Shown: positions 15,681-26,373 of the stretch, piece after piece
Layout: each line of letters begins with the position of its first letter
How positions within the stretch are numbered: the first letter of the stretch is position 1
The notes under the pieces: model-generated
What the model saw: the letters and a program-made list of their open reading frames with translations, nothing else
Databases searched by the model: none
What the model was told of the DNA's origin: nothing
Program-made: the position numbers and the translations under genes
Assembly: GCA_003212115.1 (NCBI GenBank)
Contig: QCQS01000001.1
Span: 1-37,759, forward strand
Direction: 5' to 3'
Length of the DNA stretch: 37,759 bases
Source of the DNA: Prochlorococcus sp. AG-455-E15
GTDB taxonomy: Bacteria > Cyanobacteriota > Cyanobacteriia > PCC-6307 > Cyanobiaceae

Positions 15681-15694
15681 ACTAACACCTCTCC
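15681..15694 (+). repeat. Degenerate att core of an older element
   Basis: ACTAACACCTCTCC versus ACTAACACCCTCTCC at 13824-13838 (one C missing). Confidence 0.6.
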
Positions 15695-15731
15695 TTCAAT
15701 ATTATAGTTTCTGGTAGTCCTAAAAATAAAT

Positions 15732-15755
15732 AAGAGGGCATTTATTTGCCCTCTT
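15732..15755 (-). terminator. Intrinsic terminator for a minus-strand transcript
   Basis: AAGAGGGCA-tttatt-TGCCCTCTT hairpin followed by a T-rich run on the minus strand. Confidence 0.7.
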
Positions 15756-15761
15756 CGAGTC

Positions 15762-15857
15762 TTATGCACCTCGTTGTCCACAAAGTCGATGAAGTGCTTT
15801 TGACTCCTGAATTATTTCTACTCCTACTGAATGGGAAAAGATAGACGCGATAACCAC
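15762..15857 (-). other. Short transcript: 31-aa peptide ORF or small RNA
   Basis: GTG-start ORF MVIASIFSHSVGVEIIQESKALHRLCGQRGA ending just before the terminator; GC-richer than its flanks. Confidence 0.35.
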
Positions 15858-15941
15858 AAAGCACTAATACTCGGGTATTAATACTCTATTAATTTCAAGT
15901 GAATAGGAGGATAATTAAGGAGTAGAGATATAGGAGGTTTT

Positions 15942-16106
15942 ATGTTTATGAGACTCACCACTCCATTCACTGCCCTAAAAAATGCAACTTCGGATATTTG
16001 GAGAATGCATGATTTTAATTATCAACTACCAAAAGATCCAAGACAAGATTATTGGGAGAAAGAGTGCATAAATCACCCAACAAGTTCTCATTGCAAAGTT
16101 TACTAA
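15942..16106 (+). CDS. Small protein with a CP12-like C-terminal Cys motif (54 aa, not in ORF track)
   Basis: AGGAGG RBS; hand-translated MFMRLTTPFTALKNATSDIWRMHDFNYQLPKDPRQDYWEKECINHPTSSHCKVY with CxxxPxxxxCxxY. Confidence 0.7.
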   Translation: MFMRLTTPFTALKNATSDIWRMHDFNYQLPKDPRQDYWEKECINHPTSSHCKVY

Positions 16107-16198
16107 AGGTAATATAAATTCAAGACATTAAAAAAAACTTTTGAGGTTATTTTCTTCTAAGTAAGCAGATATTCTTTTAGTATAAAACTAAAGAAAAT

Positions 16199-16801
16199 AT
16201 GGCTATTAATAATTCAATATCTAAGTATGACTGGCAGTTTTTAGCAACAGGATTTTTTTTAATTTCAGTTTTTATTTTTACAGATTTAATTGGCGTAATT
16301 GACAAAGAATATTTTTACTTTGTACCAAGATTAATTAGTGATCAACCCCATAGGATTTTCACATCAATTCTAATTCATGCAGATTTAAATCATTTATTAA
16401 GTAATCTTGGAGGAATAATCATCACTAGATATTTTTTGATGAGAAGTGGAATCAATAACAGATTTTTTTATCTTAAATTTATTTTAATTTGTTCTTTTTT
16501 AAATTTCTTTATTATCTGGTTTTACGAAAAGATCTTATCCTATTTTAATATCTTTCCAAACTATGCTGCTTTAGGATTTAGTGGAATAATTTATGCTTTA
16601 TTTGGATTCTTACTATTAACTTCTTTTTATGGAAAGAAATATTTTTTAGGCAATGAAATTGGTTTGAAGTCCAGTTATGAGGTTCAGAAAATGTCAAAAA
16701 CAATAAGCTTTATAGGTTTGATTTTCTCTTTTTTGCCAGGGATAAGTTTATTAGGTCATTTAAGTGGATTTATTGCAGGGTGTTTTTTATTCTTGATCTA
16801 A
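16199..16801 (+). CDS. Rhomboid-family intramembrane serine protease
   Basis: HADLNHLLSN, GFSG (catalytic Ser) and GHLSG (catalytic His). Confidence 0.85.
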   Translation: MAINNSISKYDWQFLATGFFLISVFIFTDLIGVIDKEYFYFVPRLISDQPHRIFTSILIHADLNHLLSNLGGIIITRYFLMRSGINNRFFYLKFILICSFLNFFIIWFYEKILSYFNIFPNYAALGFSGIIYALFGFLLLTSFYGKKYFLGNEIGLKSSYEVQKMSKTISFIGLIFSFLPGISLLGHLSGFIAGCFLFLI

Positions 16802-17061
16802 AGAACATAATTCTCTTTTGATCAAATTAATATAGATATTCTCACAGATATCCAACTTTTTTTAAAGTTATTTACTTTTAAACTGATCAATTTTGATATC
16901 GAAAGTAACTATTATTCCAATACTTATAAGAAGTAGTCCAATCGCAATTTGGGGTGAAGGTAATACCATATAAGAATTATTTACAGCCACTCTATCGAAT
17001 CTTTCCCAGTTACTAAGAAAGATTGAGTAATATTAACTTTGAATAAAGCATCACCTTGAAA

Positions 17062-17256
17062 ATGGCAAAAATAGAAAATGATCTTGATATATATTATGCA
17101 GTTGGAAATGCAAATACTCAAAGACAAGAAAACGAACTTACAGCAATTATGAAAAAACGTAATTCTGCAGGATGGAAGTTGATCTCAACAAGTACCGCAA
17201 TAGTAGATACTAAAAACCAGTTTTCCAATCTTTATCTATTTTGGGAAAAGAATTAG
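17062..17256 (+). CDS. Small hypothetical protein (DUF4177-like GWKL motif)
   Basis: ORF ends NSAGWKLISTS...YLFWEK; ATG at 17062. Confidence 0.6.
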   Translation: MAKIENDLDIYYAVGNANTQRQENELTAIMKKRNSAGWKLISTSTAIVDTKNQFSNLYLFWEKN

Positions 17257-17390
17257 TAATTAATATTGTAGATACTTTACGTGTTTCCCCAGTAAGTTTT
17301 ACAAATTAGAAACTCTTCACACATTAATCTCTTATAAGTAAATCCCCTTTTCTCTGAATTAGGGTGATTTTCTTTATGCCCATAAATGGA

Positions 17391-17410
17391 AACTGTCACA
17401 TGTGACAGTT
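17391..17410. promoter_or_regulatory. Perfect 20-bp palindrome upstream of the Yfr2-family sRNA
   Basis: AACTGTCACATGTGACAGTT. Confidence 0.55.
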
Positions 17411-17468
17411 AAGTAACATTCCCTTTAGCGCTTCCACGAAAAAGAATTTAATGGCATAGTTTGTATAC

Positions 17469-17561
17469 GTGTGAAGGAGTGGATTTACTAAAGCAGTGGA
17501 AACAAGGAAACACTTGTTTTGGTAGAACCATAAAGACCCCATTATAAGGGGTCTTTTTTTT
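17469..17561 (+). ncRNA. yfr2: Yfr2-family cyanobacterial sRNA
   Basis: 5' GTGTGAAGGAG, central GGAAACAAGGAAACA motif, terminator AAAGACCCC-attataa-GGGGTCTTTTTTTT; GntR-like TTGTATAC immediately upstream. Confidence 0.8.
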
Positions 17562-17746
17562 ACGGAAATTTTTTGCTTTTATATTACTTTCCTGTATCGT
17601 CCCAGGGATTTCTTATAAAAAATTTGATAGTGGATAACATGAGTTACTTTCTAAAAATTACCTGTTTGGTTATATAATTTCCTCTGTAGGAAAAGATGTT
17701 ATTTGCCCTTTACGTTTTTGATAATCATCATTAATGTTCATCTAAT

Positions 17747-18289
17747 ATGAATAAAAAAGACCAAAATTTTAAATCAGTAATTTTTAAAATATTTTTTACC
17801 TATTTAGGGGTTTATTTTCTTGCTCTAATATTCAAGTATACCTATGATCTTGAGTCCATATTTAATAATATTCAATACAAATATTTGATTGCTTTAAATA
17901 TAGTTTCTATATTTTTAGGCCTCCCTTTATCAATTATTTTTGATTTTATCTTAATAAAGATTTATGGGTTGAATTATGTTTTATTCTTTTCTCCTGCTTT
18001 AACCATTTTAAGTGTAATTCAAGTTCTTATTCTGAGGAAAATTAAATTTAAATTTTCTAGAAATATATTATTTTTAAAAAACCCAGAAAAAAATAATCTT
18101 TATAAATTTTTTGACAATATTACTTTCAAATCTTCTTATATTTTAATCATAAGATCTTTCCCAATCCTACCTCATGTTTTGGGTAGCTATATTATTGCCT
18201 CGTCAAAAATTAAAAAGAAAGTTATTCTAATAAACACATTTTTTGGATCATTTTTTTACTATGTTTTCCTTTATTTAATAATTAGGTAA
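17747..18289 (+). CDS. VTT/DedA (TVP38/TMEM64)-like membrane protein
   Basis: Hydrophobic; IIRSFPILPHVLGSY motif. Confidence 0.65.
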   Translation: MNKKDQNFKSVIFKIFFTYLGVYFLALIFKYTYDLESIFNNIQYKYLIALNIVSIFLGLPLSIIFDFILIKIYGLNYVLFFSPALTILSVIQVLILRKIKFKFSRNILFLKNPEKNNLYKFFDNITFKSSYILIIRSFPILPHVLGSYIIASSKIKKKVILINTFFGSFFYYVFLYLIIR

Positions 18290-18302
18290 TCTTTAGTGAA
18301 AT

Positions 18303-18557
18303 TTATTTTTCCCAAAAAGGGTCTGTAGTTAAAGAAACCCGTAATGTACATTCTTTATTATTTTTAATTTCACTTATACAAGCCCTCACTGTTTCACCAT
18401 TTACATCTATTTCACAGGCTCCACAACTTCCTGTGAGGCAGCCAGAAGGGATATCTAAACCTGCTTTTTCAGCAGAAGAAAACCAATCATCACCATCTGA
18501 AACTAATGTTTCGTTATTGTTTGGCCATATTACTTTTATATTTTTTGTCTCTTTCAA
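18303..18557 (-). CDS. 2Fe-2S ferredoxin-like protein
   Basis: GCLTGSCGAC ... RAC. Confidence 0.85.
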   Translation of the reverse strand: MKETKNIKVIWPNNNETLVSDGDDWFSSAEKAGLDIPSGCLTGSCGACEIDVNGETVRACISEIKNNKECTLRVSLTTDPFWEK

Positions 18558-20083
18558 CTTAAAAATGATTTGAGATTTAAATGTTTGTGGAATTCATTCG
18601 CAAGATTATCAATTATGGATTGTCTCTTCTCTTTATAAGATATTGATTTTTTATTTAATATTGGTAGATTTTTACTCTTCCTTATTAAATTAATATATTG
18701 TGCTCTCCAACTGTCATTTTCAAAGATCCCATGAATGTATGTTCCTGCAATAGTTCCTCCTTTTTTATTTTCTTTGTACCAACCAAGATCTGAATCTTCA
18801 AAAATAGGATTAATCTTTAATGGACTTTGGATTTCATCTAATACAGTTTGACCATTATGAATTTCAAATCCATTAATTTCTGATTGGCACGGCCATATAG
18901 ATTTAGAGTTAATTTGACGTGTTAATTTTTTTTTAAAGAAAGTCGTTTTTAATGGTAGTAATCCAATACCTTTAATTTTTTGTTCAGAATAATTTCTGGA
19001 ACCCTCTTTAAAATGCGGATCTTCAAGTGTAGTCCCCAACATTTGTAAACCTCCACATATTCCAATAATATTTCCTTCGTTTTTTGAATAGTCCCTTATA
19101 TCTTGAGATAAGCCAGAATTTTCAAGAAATATTTGATCTTTAATCGTTTGTTTGCTGCCCGGCAGAATAATGAAGTCATAATTACTTAGGTTTTGTGATT
19201 TTCTAATCCATTCCATTAAAATTGTTTCTTCATTTTCTAGGGGATCAAAATCCGAGAAGTTACTAATAGATGGTAATTTTATAATTCCAACTTTGATTTC
19301 AGGATCTTTAGAAAGTGATTTTTTTTCTATTAAATCTAAAGAATCCTCTGGAGGAAATGAATCATTTAACCAAGGAATAATTCCAATAACGGGGATTTGA
19401 GTTTTATTCTCTATCCATTTTTTTCCATTTTCAAATAATGAGAGGTCTCCTCTGAATCTATTTATAATAATTCCCTTAATAAGTTTCCTTTCTTCAGGCT
19501 TCATTAATTCAAGAGTACCAATTATTTGTGCAAATACCCCGCCCCTTTCAATATCAGTAACTAATATGCAATTTGCATTTAAATATTTTGCAATTCTTAA
19601 ATTAGTGAGGTCTCTATGAATTAAATTCATTTCTACTGGACTGCCAGCCCCTTCTATAATTAAGCGGCAATTCGGATTCCGTTCGTAAATAGAATTTAAA
19701 CTTTTTTTAATTACTGCCCAGCCTGGAATAAACCAATCTTTATAGTAATTTTGTGCGGTTGTGGTGCCTATGCTTTTGCCAAGGTGAATCACCTCGCTTA
19801 CTGAGTTTCCTTGTGGTTTTAATAAAATGGGATTCATCTCTGTGGAGGGATTAATACCACAAGCAAAAGCTTGAAGTGCTTGAGAATATGCCATCTCTCC
19901 ACCTTCCCAATCAACCCAGGCGTTGTTACTCATATTTTGTCCTTTAAAAGGTATTGGTTCTTCTCCTAAATTTTTAAGAATCCTGCAAATAGCAGTAACC
20001 GTTAACGATTTTCCTGCTCCACTGGAAGTACCTAAGACCATTATTGGTTTCCTTATTTCATGTAATTTTGCTTCTAACTCCAT
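18554..20083 (-). CDS. cobQ: Cobyric acid synthase
   Basis: GTSSGAGKS, PFKGQNMS, EGAGSP, GICGGLQMLG and GTYIHGIF motifs. Confidence 0.95.
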   Translation of the reverse strand: MELEAKLHEIRKPIMVLGTSSGAGKSLTVTAICRILKNLGEEPIPFKGQNMSNNAWVDWEGGEMAYSQALQAFACGINPSTEMNPILLKPQGNSVSEVIHLGKSIGTTTAQNYYKDWFIPGWAVIKKSLNSIYERNPNCRLIIEGAGSPVEMNLIHRDLTNLRIAKYLNANCILVTDIERGGVFAQIIGTLELMKPEERKLIKGIIINRFRGDLSLFENGKKWIENKTQIPVIGIIPWLNDSFPPEDSLDLIEKKSLSKDPEIKVGIIKLPSISNFSDFDPLENEETILMEWIRKSQNLSNYDFIILPGSKQTIKDQIFLENSGLSQDIRDYSKNEGNIIGICGGLQMLGTTLEDPHFKEGSRNYSEQKIKGIGLLPLKTTFFKKKLTRQINSKSIWPCQSEINGFEIHNGQTVLDEIQSPLKINPIFEDSDLGWYKENKKGGTIAGTYIHGIFENDSWRAQYINLIRKSKNLPILNKKSISYKEKRQSIIDNLANEFHKHLNLKSFLS

Positions 20084-20149
20084 TAGTAATTTATATTAAT
20101 TTTAAAATTTATTAATTATTAAATTGAATTATAATTTGGTAAAAAATTT

Positions 20150-20761
20150 GTGTTAATTCTAGCCTCTGCTTCTCAATCTAGAAAGAAATTACTAGAAAAT
20201 TGTCAAATCGAATTTATTCAAATAGCAAGTAAATTTGATGAAACTACTATTCAAGAAAAGAATATATTTAATTTAGCTTTGGAATTGTCTTTTCAAAAGG
20301 CTAAAAGTTTATCTGAAAATATAAAAAACTTATCATTGCCTAAAGAATTTAATTATGGATCTATAGAAATACTTGGGTGCGATTCAATTTTTGAATTTAA
20401 AGGAAAAGCTTATGGAAAACCATCTAGTAAAGAGGAGGCATTTATTAGATGGAAAAAAATGTCTGGAGAATTTGGATTTTTACATACTGGTCATACTCTA
20501 ATAATTGGGAATTTTGATTCAACTTCTAATATTTTTAAAATCACTGAAATAATAAAAAAAACAGTAAGTTCAAGAGTTTATTTTTCTAATTTGGAGGATT
20601 GGGAAATCAAGAGTTATGTAGATACAAATGAACCTTTATATTGCGCAGGAGGATTTGCCTTGGAAGGTATAGGTGGTAAATATATAGAAAAAATAGAGGG
20701 TTGTTTCAGTAATGTAATGGGTTTAAGTTTGCCATGGCTCAGAGAAAATTTATATAGATAA
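20150..20761 (+). CDS. maf: Maf nucleoside-triphosphate pyrophosphatase
   Basis: [17 protein letters not shown] and NVMGL motifs. Confidence 0.93.
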   Translation: MLILASASQSRKKLLENCQIEFIQIASKFDETTIQEKNIFNLALELSFQKAKSLSENIKNLSLPKEFNYGSIEILGCDSIFEFKGKAYGKPSSKEEAFIRWKKMSGEFGFLHTGHTLIIGNFDSTSNIFKITEIIKKTVSSRVYFSNLEDWEIKSYVDTNEPLYCAGGFALEGIGGKYIEKIEGCFSNVMGLSLPWLRENLYR

Positions 20762-20772
20762 TAAAATTGAGC

Positions 20773-20807
20773 AAAAAAAAACCCTATCTAAAGATAGGGC
20801 TTTTTTT
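20773..20807. terminator. Bidirectional terminator between maf and psbC
   Basis: A-run, CCCTATCT-aa-AGATAGGG, T-run. Confidence 0.8.
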
Positions 20808-20822
20808 AATATGAAATAGAAA

Positions 20823-22205
20823 TTAATCTAAATCAGGCATTTCTAGAGCTGGTTCACTCTTTCTGTCGATTCCTTTCTCGAAACCAGCAGCGGCAGCTCT
20901 AGCACGTCCAGCATGCCAAAGATGACCAATAAATGTAAACCACCCTAGGAAGAATTGGGCTGCAGCTAACCATTGTCTTAAGTTAACAAAATTAACAGCA
21001 TTTGGCTCAGTAATGATTCCACCAACAGAGTTGATAGAAGCGTTAGGAGCATGAGTCATATATTCAGCAGCTCTTCTTACCTGCCAAGGCTGAATATCAT
21101 TTTGAATTTTCTCAAGACTCAATCCATTAGGACCTCTTAGAGGCTCTAACCATGGACCTCTGAAATCCCAAAATCTCATTGTTTCACCACCAAATATAAT
21201 TTCACCAGTAGGAGATCTCATGAGATACTTACCTAGACCTGTTGGTCCCATTGTTGAACCTACGTTAGCTCCAATTCTTTGATCTCTCACAAGGAAAGTA
21301 AAGCTTTGAGCCTGTGAAGCTTCAGCATTTGTTGGGCCATAAAACTCTGATGGGTAAGCAGTGTTGTTAAACCAGATGAATGTTGAAGCAATGAAACTTG
21401 CTACACAAATTCCACCTAGAGCATAACTTAATAGTCCTTCACCATTCCAGATGAATGCTCTTCTTGCCCATCCAAAGGGTTTTGTGAAGATATGGAATAT
21501 TCCTCCAATAATTGCAGTAATACCCACGTAAACATGTCCACCAACAATATCTTCAATGGAGTTAACACCGATTATTGAACCAGCTCCTCCCCATGGAGAT
21601 CTGAATAGATAACCAAGAATAACTCTTGGGTCTAAGGTTGGATTTACAAGTCTGACTTCACCACCGCCAGGTGCCCATGTATCATATGCACCGCCAATAA
21701 AACACCAGTTTACTGACCATGCTAGTGCACCTACACCTAAAACAATCAAATGATAACCAAGAATATTGGTCATTTGATTTTTATCTCTCCAATCGGTAGA
21801 GAAAAATGGAAAATCTTCTTCGAGTTTTTCTGGACCTGCTAATGAATGGTAAATACCACCAAAACCAAGTACAGCGGAAGCTATTAAATGAACCACGCCA
21901 GCTTGGAAGAAAGGCATGATATCAGTAACTTCACCACCAGGTCCAATTCCATAGCCAAACATTGCGACGTGTGGCATACAAATTAAACCTTGCTCCCACA
22001 TTGGTTTATCAAATGTAAAATGATTAACCTCAAAGAGCATCATTGCTCCCGCCCAAAAGACTATTAGTCCAGAGTGAGCAATGTGAGCTCCTAATAAACG
22101 TCCAGATAAATTGATTAGTCTAGCGTTACCTACATACCAGGCATAACCAGTTTCCTCAATACTTTGGTTTGGAGCTCTTAATAAGTTATTAAAGGGCGTT
22201 TCCAC
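20823..22205 (-). CDS. psbC: Photosystem II CP43
   Basis: [10 protein letters not shown] and [24 protein letters not shown]; GTG start at 22205 overlaps the psbD end. Confidence 0.98.
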   Translation of the reverse strand: METPFNNLLRAPNQSIEETGYAWYVGNARLINLSGRLLGAHIAHSGLIVFWAGAMMLFEVNHFTFDKPMWEQGLICMPHVAMFGYGIGPGGEVTDIMPFFQAGVVHLIASAVLGFGGIYHSLAGPEKLEEDFPFFSTDWRDKNQMTNILGYHLIVLGVGALAWSVNWCFIGGAYDTWAPGGGEVRLVNPTLDPRVILGYLFRSPWGGAGSIIGVNSIEDIVGGHVYVGITAIIGGIFHIFTKPFGWARRAFIWNGEGLLSYALGGICVASFIASTFIWFNNTAYPSEFYGPTNAEASQAQSFTFLVRDQRIGANVGSTMGPTGLGKYLMRSPTGEIIFGGETMRFWDFRGPWLEPLRGPNGLSLEKIQNDIQPWQVRRAAEYMTHAPNASINSVGGIITEPNAVNFVNLRQWLAAAQFFLGWFTFIGHLWHAGRARAAAAGFEKGIDRKSEPALEMPDLD

Positions 22206-23265
22206 GTGGAAGAACCTCCTCAGGGAATACAAAGTTTTCGTGTGGTTGATCCACAGAAGACATCCATGCTCGCATACCTTCGTTCAAAAGTATATTTTTT
22301 GTATAGAAAGTTTCAAATTCTGGATCTTCTGCTGCACGGATCTCTTGGCTTACGAAATCATAAGCTCTTAAGTTTAGTGCTAAGCCGACGATACCAATTG
22401 AAGATGTCCACATACCCATAACAGGTACAAATAGCATCAAGAAATGTAAGAAACGCTTGTTTGAGAAAGCAATACCGAAGATTTGACTCCAGAATCTATT
22501 CGCTGTAATCATTGAATAAGTTTCTTCTTCTTGGGTTGGGTCAAAAGCTCTAAATGTTGAACTTTGAACCTTACCATCTGTGTAAATACTTGTATCTTCA
22601 TACAAAGTATTTTGTACTGTAGCTCCATGGATTGCGCAAAGTAGAGCACCACCAAGAATTCCAGCAACTCCCATCATGTGGAAGGGGTTTAAAGTGATAT
22701 TGTGAAAACCTTGAATGAACAGAATGTAACGGAAGATTGCTGCAACACCGAATGAAGGTGCGAAGAACCAACTATGCTGTCCTAAAGGGTAAATAAGGAA
22801 AATACTTGTGAATACTGCAATTACTGCTGAGAAAGCTAATGCGTTGTATGGTCTAATTCCAACAAGGCCAGCAATTTCAAACTGACGAAGCATAAAACCA
22901 ATTAGGCCAAATACTCCGTGTAATGCAACGAAGTTCCAAAGACCACCAAGTTGTAGCCATCTTACGAAACTACCTTGGGCTTCAGGACCCCATAAAAATA
23001 GAAGACTGTGACCCATGGCATCACCAGGGGTGCTTACAGCTGCTGTTAAAAAGTTACAACCTTCAAGGTATGAGCTTGCAACTCCATGTGTGTACCAGGA
23101 GGTAACAAATGTTGTTCCGACGAACCAACCACCTATAGCAAGATATGCACAAGGAAGTAGAAGTAGTCCGGACCAACCAATAAATACAAAGCGGTCGCGC
23201 TTCAACCAATCATCGAGGACATCAAACCATCCTCTTTGTGGGGCGCTACCAACTGCGATCGTCAT
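22189..23265 (-). CDS. psbD: Photosystem II D2 protein
   Basis: [21 protein letters not shown] and [10 protein letters not shown]; Prochlorococcus-type insertion after TLYED. Confidence 0.99.
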   Translation of the reverse strand: MTIAVGSAPQRGWFDVLDDWLKRDRFVFIGWSGLLLLPCAYLAIGGWFVGTTFVTSWYTHGVASSYLEGCNFLTAAVSTPGDAMGHSLLFLWGPEAQGSFVRWLQLGGLWNFVALHGVFGLIGFMLRQFEIAGLVGIRPYNALAFSAVIAVFTSIFLIYPLGQHSWFFAPSFGVAAIFRYILFIQGFHNITLNPFHMMGVAGILGGALLCAIHGATVQNTLYEDTSIYTDGKVQSSTFRAFDPTQEEETYSMITANRFWSQIFGIAFSNKRFLHFLMLFVPVMGMWTSSIGIVGLALNLRAYDFVSQEIRAAEDPEFETFYTKNILLNEGMRAWMSSVDQPHENFVFPEEVLPRGNAL

Positions 23266-23447
23266 GAGAAATCGTTTTTAGCTTCGGGATACGCAGTGAC
23301 TGTAACAAAGATTGAGAGTAATGTGGGGAAATATTTGTATATCTGAAATGCCTTGTAAAGCTTTCCTGACTTTTTTATTAAAAATTAGGTAAGAATACTC
23401 CCTTAGTTTGTTAAATTATCTGAATTAGGCTCTAAAAAAAGATAAAA

Positions 23448-24005
23448 ATGAACCCAGACCTTTCGTCTTTCGATAAAATCGAACAAAAAATTGGTGGATC
23501 AAGAAAAATTTCAAATTACATTATTGGAGGAATGCTGACTATAGGAGGCATTGGTTTCCTTTTGGCTTCTATATCTAGCTACACAGGAAGGGATTTATTA
23601 CCTTTAGGAAATCCTTCAACTTTATTGTTTATCCCTCAAGGAATAATAATGGGAGCCTATGGAGTAATAGCTAATTTATTGAATTTTTACTTGTGGTATT
23701 TGGTTTACATAAACTTTGGTTCAGGAAGTAATTATTTTGATAAATCCTCAAAATCTGTAGAAATAAAAAGAAAAGGACTTTTTAAAGATGTTGAAGTTAA
23801 ATTAAATTTCGATGAAATTAAATCTGTTAAGTTGGATATAAGTGAGGGATTTAATCCTAGAAGAAGAATTGCTTTAGTTTTAAAAGGTAGAAAAAAACCT
23901 CTCCCTTTAAGCGGAGCAGGTGAACTTAAACCTCTTCTTCAAGTTGAAGAAGAAGGAGCTCGTCTAGCTAAATTTTTAGATGTTAATTTGGAGGGCCTAA
24001 AATAA
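23448..24005 (+). CDS. ycf4: Photosystem I assembly protein Ycf4
   Basis: GSRKISNY, FIPQGIIM and GARLAKFL motifs. Confidence 0.92.
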   Translation: MNPDLSSFDKIEQKIGGSRKISNYIIGGMLTIGGIGFLLASISSYTGRDLLPLGNPSTLLFIPQGIIMGAYGVIANLLNFYLWYLVYINFGSGSNYFDKSSKSVEIKRKGLFKDVEVKLNFDEIKSVKLDISEGFNPRRRIALVLKGRKKPLPLSGAGELKPLLQVEEEGARLAKFLDVNLEGLK

Positions 24006-24052
24006 AAAAAAAATATTTTTTAAAAACATTATCTTTTATACAGGTTTTATTT

Positions 24053-24658
24053 TTGGTTCAAGCTTGTAGTTATAAAAATAAGATTGATTCGAATTATTAC
24101 TGCCAAAAACTTAAACTTAGTTGTACTCAGATTAATAAAGTAGTAAATTTTAAAACTTCAAAAGGTGATTTTGAGGTTAAATTATTCGGTAAAGATAATC
24201 CAGTCACAGTATCAAACTTTCTGGAAAACATAGAAAATAATATTTATGTAAATCAAAAATTTTATAAAATAATAAACTATCCCCAAATAAGGTTTGTACA
24301 TGGTGGTGTTAATCCAGAAAATAAATTTTATATTGAACGAAAACAAAAACTAAATAAGACAATTCCTTCAATACCTTTAGAAATAAAATTCAAAGAAGAA
24401 AAAAAACCAAGATATAACTATCAAATAAAAAATCCCAATGAAACTGAAAATTTAGTTAACACTTTTGAAAGTGGATCAATTGCTATGGTTAAGAGAGGTA
24501 AGAATAAGTCTTCATCTACTGAGTTTTTTTTTGTAACTAGTAAGATCCCAGAACTAGATGGAAGGTATTCGATTTTTGGAAAGATTATTAAAGGATTAGA
24601 AGTACTCGAAAAAATCAATAAAGAAGACTACATTAAGGCAGTCCAAATATCTAATTAA
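24053..24658 (+). CDS. Cyclophilin-type peptidyl-prolyl isomerase (start uncertain)
   Basis: TSKGDF, PVTVSNF and [14 protein letters not shown] motifs. Confidence 0.85.
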   Translation: MVQACSYKNKIDSNYYCQKLKLSCTQINKVVNFKTSKGDFEVKLFGKDNPVTVSNFLENIENNIYVNQKFYKIINYPQIRFVHGGVNPENKFYIERKQKLNKTIPSIPLEIKFKEEKKPRYNYQIKNPNETENLVNTFESGSIAMVKRGKNKSSSTEFFFVTSKIPELDGRYSIFGKIIKGLEVLEKINKEDYIKAVQISN

Positions 24659-25179
24659 ATTTCTAGGGAATATTTGTTTATTTTCAACATTTCTGTATTA
24701 ACTCCAGAAGAGCGTTTAAGAGCTACCTTACCAGTCCTCGCTATTTCAAGGATTCCGTATGGTTCGAGTAATTTCTCAAGAGCAACTAACTTCCCGGGAT
24801 CTCCAACCACCTCAAGAGTTAAGGCCATATCTGATACATCAACAACCTTTGCTCGGAAAATCTGTACTATATCAAGGATATTACTCCTAGTATCTTCTTT
24901 CGATGAAACTTTTAGTAACATCAATTCCCTCTCAACTGCTGCGAGATTAGTAAAATCTACAACTCCCAGAACATTAAATAACTTATTAAGTTGCTTAGTC
25001 ATTTGCTGAAGAGTTTCATCATCACCCTCTACCACCATTGTTAACCTTGAAATCCCTTTAGATTCTGCAGGGCCTACTGCAAGGCTGTCTATGTTGAAGC
25101 CCCTTCTAGCAAAGAGACCTGAGATTCTACTCAAGGCTCCAGATTCATCTTCTACAAGAACTGATAATGTATGTTTCAT
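24655..25179 (-). CDS. ilvH: Acetolactate synthase small subunit
   Basis: ACT domain [20 protein letters not shown]; ERELML. Confidence 0.95.
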   Translation of the reverse strand: MKHTLSVLVEDESGALSRISGLFARRGFNIDSLAVGPAESKGISRLTMVVEGDDETLQQMTKQLNKLFNVLGVVDFTNLAAVERELMLLKVSSKEDTRSNILDIVQIFRAKVVDVSDMALTLEVVGDPGKLVALEKLLEPYGILEIARTGKVALKRSSGVNTEMLKINKYSLEI

Positions 25180-25182
25180 GTT

Positions 25183-26142
25183 TTAAAAAGTTTTTAAATC
25201 TCTAATCCATTCATAAGAGATTCTATTGAATACTGAAGGATCTTCATCATGGATACAATGCCCTGAATTGGATACTATTTTTAATTTTACCCATCTATGG
25301 AAATTTGCAATCTTTTTACCAACAAACAAAGGTATGAAATTATCTTTTTCTCCCCAAATCAATAAAAAGGGAACTTTTCTTGAGGCGCTGAGTTTTCTCA
25401 AAAGGTAAGAGGCTTGAAATTTTTCATCTCTTGAAGACATCCCAATACACATTGCTCGTAATGATCTGGCTGAAGTTTTCCTTAAAACTGGTTTTGTCAC
25501 CAAATCTATTAGTTCGCGATCAACATTATCTTTTTTGAAATAGGCAGAATTTAGTCCCAGTTTTATGACTCCTAATTTGGTTATTAAAAATAAAATAATC
25601 TCCAGAGGGAAAAATATAAAAAATATTCTTATAAATTTATTTTGAAATTTTATAAGTGATGATTTTTTGGTTATCGACTTTTTATTTTCTTGAATTCGGT
25701 CTGGGAGCGGGGATGCAATAACTTTTGAAATCTGATCCTCCAATGAAACAGCACATGTTAAAGCAACCAGTGATCCAAGGGAATTGCCAATAAGAATTAC
25801 TTTCCCAGAATTCTTTGGTCTTATCACCTGTGCAATGAAGTCTTTTACTTGATTAGACCAAATCTCATTATCTAGTTTTCCAATTTGTCTTATCCCAGGT
25901 TGATCTGAATCTCCAAAACCTATTAAATCTAGAGAATATGTGGCGCAATTCCTTTTCGCAAAATATTCTAAATTGTTTCTCCAATGTTTTCGATTGGCGC
26001 CAAATCCGTGGAGAAAAATAATTGGAATTTCATTATCTTCGCCTGTAACACTCCAGCAAATTTTAAAACCATTCCAATTCCAGTAATTAGGTAAGTTTAT
26101 ATTTTCTGCAAAATTATTATTCATTTTCTTAAAAATTTTCAA
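25183..26142 (-). CDS. Alpha/beta fold hydrolase
   Basis: LHGFGA, GNSLG and GHCIHDE motifs. Confidence 0.9.
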   Translation of the reverse strand: MKIFKKMNNNFAENINLPNYWNWNGFKICWSVTGEDNEIPIIFLHGFGANRKHWRNNLEYFAKRNCATYSLDLIGFGDSDQPGIRQIGKLDNEIWSNQVKDFIAQVIRPKNSGKVILIGNSLGSLVALTCAVSLEDQISKVIASPLPDRIQENKKSITKKSSLIKFQNKFIRIFFIFFPLEIILFLITKLGVIKLGLNSAYFKKDNVDRELIDLVTKPVLRKTSARSLRAMCIGMSSRDEKFQASYLLRKLSASRKVPFLLIWGEKDNFIPLFVGKKIANFHRWVKLKIVSNSGHCIHDEDPSVFNRISYEWIRDLKTF

Positions 26143-26217
26143 GATATTTGCATTATCTACTTTTTTAACAAATAAATGTATATTGAATGTAAATTATAGT
26201 AATCATTAAATTTTACT

Positions 26218-26316
26218 ATGGCAAAAGAAATTTTTAGTATTGCAGCAGTTTTTTGGATACTGATACCGATTGGATTGGTTGGTGGTGCTTTGTTATTAAA
26301 GTTTCAGGGAGATTGA
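26218..26316 (+). CDS. petM: Cytochrome b6f subunit VII (32 aa, not in ORF track)
   Basis: Hand-translated [32 protein letters not shown]. Confidence 0.9.
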
Positions 26317-26373
26317 TTCTCACGAATACATCACAATTTGGGTTATGGTCTACAAGTTAAGTAAATCTTAAAT

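Noticed and set aside
17596-17612. TCGTCCCAGGGATTT as another arm-site relic
   Set aside because: Single partial match with no nearby att core; cannot be distinguished from chance
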